A stretch of DNA of 64,000 nucleotides from Bythopirellula sp. Lineage in GTDB: Bacteria; Planctomycetota; Planctomycetia; Pirellulales; Lacipirellulaceae. The stretch covers positions 416,001 through 480,000 of the forward strand of contig OZ244170.1 of assembly GCA_965216565.1 (NCBI GenBank), given 5' to 3'. The notes beneath the pieces were generated by a model. That model did no database searches. It was not told where the DNA came from and saw only the letters and a list, made by a program, of their open reading frames with translations. The position numbers and the translations under genes are program-made. Of the stretch, positions 58,469 to 64,000 are shown one piece after another. Position 1 is the stretch's first letter. Each line of letters starts with the position of its first letter.

Positions 58469-59335
58469 ATGAAAAAGTATCTAACTTTCTTTGCTGCGTG
58501 CTTAGCAACCGTCACGTTGCTGTGGCAGCCGTCGTCCGTGAGTGCCCAGCACCACCGTGGGGGACATCATGGGCATGGTGGCCACGGACACTTTAGTCAC
58601 GGGCACAGCGGTCATGGGCATTTTAGTCATGGCCATAGTGGGCGCGGCCATTATGGAGGATATGGACATTTCGGTGGTCATGCTCATGGTCTTGGTGTGA
58701 GTATCGGCCATCACAGAGTTCACGTCGGACGTCATTTTGTAGTACCCCACTACGATCATCACTATCACGGCAGCTACTGGGTCGACTCTGGCCGGTACTA
58801 CTACCAGCCGCGCACCTATGTAGTGAGCCCGCAGGTACATGTTGCGGCCAAGCCAATTGTCGTAGAGTTCGGCACCTTTTCACAAGTTGACGACTTATCA
58901 GGTCGTCTGGAGAGGCTTGCAAACGAACTCTGCCTAGACATGCATTACAACTATTCACATAACTCCGGTTTTGCCGAAACTTATCGAGAAGCGTATCAGA
59001 TTCTCGGTGCCACTAAATCCATCCATGCCACAGAGATGCAAAATGACCGAGCCGAAATCGCCCGACGAGTCCAGGAATTAGATTCCTTATTCCATCACGT
59101 GCAAAGTGAAATCAAAAAGTGGAATCGACAACATCATCGGCAGATTGGACAGGCCGGTATCTTAACGAAAACAGACGCCATGGAAGCATTGTTACATCAT
59201 TTGATGAACGATGTCGGCATCAAGCCCCATAGTTCAGAATCAATGGAAGTAGCGCCTGCTCCAGCGACTGACGAAGTCGCACCTCCTCCCGCACCAGCCA
59301 CAATCACTTCCCCCCCACCTCCGACCATACCGTAA
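58469..59335 (+). CDS. Secreted His/Gly-rich protein with helical C-domain and Pro-rich tail
   Basis: ATG 58469 with GAGGAG RBS; signal peptide; (GHGHFSHGHS)x2 repeat. Confidence 0.8.
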   Translation: MKKYLTFFAACLATVTLLWQPSSVSAQHHRGGHHGHGGHGHFSHGHSGHGHFSHGHSGRGHYGGYGHFGGHAHGLGVSIGHHRVHVGRHFVVPHYDHHYHGSYWVDSGRYYYQPRTYVVSPQVHVAAKPIVVEFGTFSQVDDLSGRLERLANELCLDMHYNYSHNSGFAETYREAYQILGATKSIHATEMQNDRAEIARRVQELDSLFHHVQSEIKKWNRQHHRQIGQAGILTKTDAMEALLHHLMNDVGIKPHSSESMEVAPAPATDEVAPPPAPATITSPPPPTIP

Positions 59336-59389
59336 TTGAAGCTTCGACCGCTTGGTTTACGGCTGGTTCCATGTAAGCGGGGCACTTTT

Positions 59390-59788
59390 TTAATGGGAAC
59401 AACACCCCGATGTGCATCCCGAAGAACTAGATCCAGCCCGAGATCTATAGCTACCGCTTGAGGAGCTACCAAAGAAATCTGTCTGTGGGCGATCTTCGTC
59501 AAGCGAATCTAGTCCTTCATCCTCTTTCGGCAGGTAAGGGATTAGCTCCGGGTCAATGGAACGACCAGTTCTAGTCGCATCAATATCTTGAGTGGAGGCG
59601 AGAGAAATCGAGGGTTGCTTCGCCATCAAGGATGGCGATCCAGCTGGCGTTACTGAACCCACAGAGGGAGTTGACGAATAAGCCGGCGGCGTTACGTAGG
59701 AAGGCTCCTTCGCAACTCGACAACCGACGAAGCCAATCACACTCGTCCCAACGAATGCACATTTGAAAATTGATGATGCGTTAAGCAT
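59390..59788 (-). CDS. Lipoprotein ending SGCTSGCCSH
   Basis: ATG 59788 with GGAGA RBS; VGC lipobox; Ser/Pro-rich body. Confidence 0.65.
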   Translation of the reverse strand: MLNASSIFKCAFVGTSVIGFVGCRVAKEPSYVTPPAYSSTPSVGSVTPAGSPSLMAKQPSISLASTQDIDATRTGRSIDPELIPYLPKEDEGLDSLDEDRPQTDFFGSSSSGSYRSRAGSSSSGCTSGCCSH

Positions 59789-59878
59789 GTTAATATATCT
59801 CCAGAACGGAAGCACGAGATTTGGAGTAGCAGCGTTGGTAGTTTTCAATGTGTTTTTATGGACTGGAATCCTCTAAAA

Positions 59879-61297
59879 CTAATTTGCTGGAGATGACAGG
59901 CTATTGTTGAGCAACAATCCTTCGATCTGTACATAGCTTTGCCAAAGCGACCCAAGTGCATCGAGATACACTAGATTAGTTTGTGAATAGGTTTGCTGAG
60001 CAGCCAACACGTCGAGGTAGCCTACTTCTCCCTGTTTGTAACCTCTCTGTACGAGTTCAAACGTGCGTTGCGCGCGGGGGAGAATGTCGCTCGCGTAGCT
60101 CGTTGCTGTTACGTGGGCATCGGTATACTGCCGGAAGGCATCGGCAAGCCGACGATTGAGACTCAACTCAACACGATCAACGTTTCGGACTGCTTCACTA
60201 ACTTCGGCCTGTGCTTGACGAATGCCCCCTTGGTTGCGGTTCCAAAGCGGTAAGGGTATTCCTACTTGAACGCCAGCAATCGTGTCACTAGTGGCGTCGT
60301 CATACTGCACACTTAACTGAGTACTGATGTCAGGCACTGCCTCAACACAAGCACGATTCAAGGCTCTGCGAGTTCGTTCAACTTCGGCCATTGCCGCTGC
60401 AATCTCAGGACTCTCGGTTTGCAGTCGAGCTAACTGCTGCTCCCAATCAAGTGCTTCTGGAAGCTGACTCACGTCACCCTCAAGATACTGAATGGGCAAT
60501 CCTGGGCTGACGACCACCGTTGATAGCCGTCGCCAAGCTTGAGCTTGACCATTCTGGGCGGTACGTAAAAGGACCTGAGCATTTTGCTGCTGCACTTCGG
60601 TCTGTAACATCCCAGCCACTGTACTCTCTTCCGCCTCAACAAGAGCTTTCGAAGCCTCAGCTGCCTCAGTGGTCAGCCGAACCAACTCGGCAGCTAACTC
60701 AACTCGGCGTTGGGCTAGCAAGGCCTCGTAGTAACCCTGTCTGACATCGGTAAATACTCTTCTTTGAACGGCTGCCAGTTCTTGTTCGGCACGACTGATT
60801 TCTGCGGAAACTACAGCCCGATTACGCTGAAGCTTCTTTGCCGTAATAAAATTTTGCCCAACAAAACCGCCTTGTTGCCCGGCTGCACCGTCGTTGCCAA
60901 TTTCACCAGCGACGTACCCTACTGTTGGATTTGGTGCCAGGCCAACCTGTACCCATTTGCCACGTAGCGCACGCACACGGGCTGCGGACTGTGAGATGGC
61001 AGGGCTATTAGCAAGCGCCATCTGCTCAAGTGCATCTAGATTTAGTCCGCCCGCAGGTGGAAGAGGTTGGGGTGAATCGGACCCTACCGTGCCTTCAAGT
61101 GATTCAGCGACAGACGGAGGTTGGACAAGCTCAGGTAAAACTGACTCTTCAAAGTCCACTTGGGTAATCGTGGATTTTTCATCAGCAGCATTTGCAGCTG
61201 AAGATGCTTCTGCCGGTGAATTTTTTGAAAGCGGGCTAGACGCACAGCCTCCCACAAGCACAAGTACAACAACGAAGCATATTGTTTGTTTGGCCAT
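59879..61297 (-). CDS. TolC/CzcC-family outer membrane efflux protein
   Basis: Lipobox GGC; IPLPLWNRNQGGI, ILPRA, GYKQGEVGYLDVL. Confidence 0.92.
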   Translation of the reverse strand: MAKQTICFVVVLVLVGGCASSPLSKNSPAEASSAANAADEKSTITQVDFEESVLPELVQPPSVAESLEGTVGSDSPQPLPPAGGLNLDALEQMALANSPAISQSAARVRALRGKWVQVGLAPNPTVGYVAGEIGNDGAAGQQGGFVGQNFITAKKLQRNRAVVSAEISRAEQELAAVQRRVFTDVRQGYYEALLAQRRVELAAELVRLTTEAAEASKALVEAEESTVAGMLQTEVQQQNAQVLLRTAQNGQAQAWRRLSTVVVSPGLPIQYLEGDVSQLPEALDWEQQLARLQTESPEIAAAMAEVERTRRALNRACVEAVPDISTQLSVQYDDATSDTIAGVQVGIPLPLWNRNQGGIRQAQAEVSEAVRNVDRVELSLNRRLADAFRQYTDAHVTATSYASDILPRAQRTFELVQRGYKQGEVGYLDVLAAQQTYSQTNLVYLDALGSLWQSYVQIEGLLLNNSLSSPAN

Positions 61298-61390
61298 CCT
61301 TGGCCTCCTTACTTATTCTACTGACTGCTACATACCTACCCATTTTATCGGTTGTTATGTATAGCATGCGTTAGTGAGTGACTTTGATAT

Positions 61391-62533
61391 TTAAGCATGC
61401 CGTAGTGCTGGGACGATCTCTGTACGCGACGCGTGCCAGCCCGGTGCCAGCCCTGCTAGGATGCCAACTGCAATCGCCACTACTACTCCCTGAATGGCTA
61501 ACACAAGTGACGGTTCAAACGCGATGGTCACTCCCTCGGCCGCAACCGACATACCTGATGACGACAATAGCAGTGCACTTCCGACGACACCCAGAATTCC
61601 ACCCAAAGTGCTAAGCAATAAACTCTCAGTAAGCACTAAGCCAAATACTCGCATGGGGCGTAGTCCGAGAGTTTGTAAGACGGCATGCTCTTTGATGCGA
61701 TCTTGTACCGACATCACCGTGGTCGTAGCGACCAGTGACAGCACTAATCCCACGCAAGCGTAACCGAGCCAGTGCACGAAACCAATCAACTCTGCCAAGT
61801 CTGCAAGTGTATCGGCCTGAAACATTCCCTTGGTTCGAGTGGTGGTTCCGACTGGGCCGGAGCGAAACTCTTGGTCGATCTGCTTTGCCAATGCATCAGG
61901 GTCGGCTGTGTCATTGAGGTGCACTTCGAGTTGAGTGACCGTACCAACGTCGTTTGCGCCGCGTGCCCGCTGCAGGAAATCAAGTTGAGTGAAGATGAGA
62001 TTGTTTTCAGCAGCCGTCGCGGATTGAAATACGCCCCGTACAACGACGGAAACATCACCGATAGTGAATTTGTCACCTACACTCAGTTGGCGCCTCGTGG
62101 CCACATCAACGCCGACCAGGGCAGCATCGTCTTGGCTGGCGAAAGAGGAGAAGTCGCCAGACTGAAGGTCAATGTCACGCCAAGCTTTCAGCTTTTCTGG
62201 AGGCATGCCTTGGAAAACAATGGCATCCAGGCTAGCTCGACAATTGTTGGTAAATACCTTGATGGGAACCACGTCCTTTACGCCGGACATTTTTTCGATA
62301 GTTCGCGAGTAGTCTTGTGGCATCCGACTGCTTTGTGGGCAAAAGCGGTTTTCTTGAAAGACGATCAGCGTTCGCCCTGCATCCTCTCCCGCCGTTAGAG
62401 CCAGCAATCCTTGTTGCACAGCACCGATAAAGCAGAACACTAGCAGCGCTACCGCTGTGCCGCTCACAGTTAGTAGCGTGCGTGCTCGATGCCGCCAGAG
62501 ACTTTTGAAGACGTAGGGAATGAACTTAAACAT
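61391..62533 (-). CDS. ABC exporter permease (MacB/FtsX)
   Basis: [12 protein letters not shown], periplasmic domain, [13 protein letters not shown]. Confidence 0.92.
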   Translation of the reverse strand: MFKFIPYVFKSLWRHRARTLLTVSGTAVALLVFCFIGAVQQGLLALTAGEDAGRTLIVFQENRFCPQSSRMPQDYSRTIEKMSGVKDVVPIKVFTNNCRASLDAIVFQGMPPEKLKAWRDIDLQSGDFSSFASQDDAALVGVDVATRRQLSVGDKFTIGDVSVVVRGVFQSATAAENNLIFTQLDFLQRARGANDVGTVTQLEVHLNDTADPDALAKQIDQEFRSGPVGTTTRTKGMFQADTLADLAELIGFVHWLGYACVGLVLSLVATTTVMSVQDRIKEHAVLQTLGLRPMRVFGLVLTESLLLSTLGGILGVVGSALLLSSSGMSVAAEGVTIAFEPSLVLAIQGVVVAIAVGILAGLAPGWHASRTEIVPALRHA

Positions 62534-62535
62534 AG

Positions 62536-63249
62536 TTAGGCAGTCCTGACAATTTGTGCGGTGTGAAGTTCTTCGCCATTTTCCATGAGCCGACCACGCT
62601 CCAAACGAATTTGCCGCTTGGCTCGCGCTCCGGCTTCGACGTCGTGTGTGACCATCAACAGGGTCATCCCCAGCTCGTTGTTTACACGACTCAATAGGGT
62701 GAGAATCTGCTCGGTGGTCTCATCGTCGAGACTACCAGTGGGTTCATCAGCAACGACAACGGTTGGGTTGGTAACAATCGCGCGTGCGATGCCGACTCGC
62801 TGCTCCTGACCACCTGACATTTGGCGCGGATAATGAGTTGCCCTAGAAGTCAGGTCGACCGCCTCCATTGCGATCTCAACTCGCTTACGTCTCTCAGCAG
62901 CCGACATAGACAGCAGCAATAGGGGTAATTCAACGTTTTCGTAAGCTGTTAATACAGGAATGAGGTTGTGTGTCTGAAACACATATCCGATGTGGCGGGC
63001 TCGCCAGTCGGCTAGTTTGCCGCGAGAAAGCTGCGTGATGTCGGTGCCAGCCACGACAATCTCGCCGGAAGTGACAACGTCGATTCCAGCAATGAGATTT
63101 AGCAACGTACTCTTGCCCGATCCACTGGCCCCCATCAACGAGGCATAGTCACCCTCATCTACTGTGAGACTCACTCCATCCAGAGGACGAATAGTTTCCT
63201 CGCCATTGGCGTATTCTTTTGTGACATTCATGACTTCGACTAAGGGCAT
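62536..63249 (-). CDS. ABC exporter ATP-binding protein
   Basis: [30 protein letters not shown] 63249. Confidence 0.93.
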   Translation of the reverse strand: MPLVEVMNVTKEYANGEETIRPLDGVSLTVDEGDYASLMGASGSGKSTLLNLIAGIDVVTSGEIVVAGTDITQLSRGKLADWRARHIGYVFQTHNLIPVLTAYENVELPLLLLSMSAAERRKRVEIAMEAVDLTSRATHYPRQMSGGQEQRVGIARAIVTNPTVVVADEPTGSLDDETTEQILTLLSRVNNELGMTLLMVTHDVEAGARAKRQIRLERGRLMENGEELHTAQIVRTA

Positions 63250-63268
63250 GATAGTGTTCCTCTTCGTG

Positions 63269-64000
63269 TTAGCTGTCTGAGCCGCCCGCTTGAGCGGTGC
63301 GGGCAGCGGGTTGGCCGCCCTGAGAGTTCCAGTTGCCACCGGAAAGGGTACGGTCCTCGCCAGTCACCCGCACACGGGTGCCTTCAGTAATTGATTCTCG
63401 ACCGGCAACAATTAACTTATCAGTTGGTTGAAGTCCGCTAGTAATTTCCACGAGGCCATCGTCAGTTGCACCTCGGCCAACTGCTACCGTCTTTCGTTTC
63501 GCAAGGCTCGCTGTAAGATCCGCTACCCAAACCACGGCCCCTCCCTCGGAGTTTGATACAAGAGACTGTGGTACGAATAGTCGCAAGGGCGAATCACCTT
63601 CATCTTCTTGGACCACAGGTGAGGGTGGCGCAAGAAAGGTTACCTTCCCCAGCATTTCTGGTTTGATCACCTCGGGCGGTTCGTTAACTGCAACTTTCAC
63701 TTGCAATGTATTCTTCTGAATGTCTGCGAAAGTCGTAACTGAAATTACCTCGCCTGCAATGGGAGCTGGCAGAGCGGCGGTCTCGATGAGTGCTGGTTGC
63801 CCAAGTTGCACTTGCGGCACGTCTTCCAAACGGACATCGACCCGAACCTGTAGACTTTGCGGGTCGTAAAGTCCTACAACTGCACTTGAGCCTTGCGATG
63901 AGTGTGGGTTAATACCTGAAAGTCGTTGGCCTGGTCGAGCTTCTAGGCTGAGTACTCGTCCAGCAATCGGTGATCGCACCGTCATCCGCTCAAGCTGTAG
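63269..64000 (-). CDS. Efflux membrane fusion protein, C-terminal part (starts beyond the window)
   Basis: [29 protein letters not shown]. Confidence 0.88.
   Translation of the reverse strand, partial: LQLERMTVRSPIAGRVLSLEARPGQRLSGINPHSSQGSSAVVGLYDPQSLQVRVDVRLEDVPQVQLGQPALIETAALPAPIAGEVISVTTFADIQKNTLQVKVAVNEPPEVIKPEMLGKVTFLAPPSPVVQEDEGDSPLRLFVPQSLVSNSEGGAVVWVADLTASLAKRKTVAVGRGATDDGLVEITSGLQPTDKLIVAGRESITEGTRVRVTGEDRTLSGGNWNSQGGQPAARTAQAGGSDS

Noticed and set aside
30318..63339. Numerous 60-200 aa ORFs antisense to or nested in large genes
   Set aside because: Shadow ORFs expected in GC-rich coding DNA.

Overview
Accessory DNA from a planctomycete: two DUF1559 prepilin-type genes and Planctomycetes-style secreted and lipoprotein genes. 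It looks like part of a MOB-F conjugative or mobilisable element plus cargo. (1) 1-6.5 kb: the 5' end of a TrwC/MobF relaxase that the ORF track missed, an RHH accessory gene and a probable oriT. These are followed by a co-oriented leading region of small genes (two sets of tandem paralogs, an SSB-like gene, an orphan DNA methyltransferase) separated by long, repeated stem-loops that fold best on the + strand. (2) 6.8-25 kb: mixed cargo and defence genes, namely a NERD-SF1 helicase-RRM fusion, a J-domain/degenerate NUDIX cluster, tandem DOT1-like methyltransferases, a sigma54 two-component system with its DUF1559 target, a complete IS630 and a Hachiman-like nuclease/Ski2-helicase pair. (3) 25.5-64 kb: a heavy-metal island with two MntR regulators and their boxes, two HME-RND systems, a P1B ATPase, two ABC exporters, TolC, a MerR-controlled CopZ-N/MerT/HMA fusion, His-rich proteins and three Cys/His-rich secreted ORFs that each head an operon and share a hydrophobic C-terminal tail. 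All calls come from reading motifs by eye; no database searches or folding programs were run.
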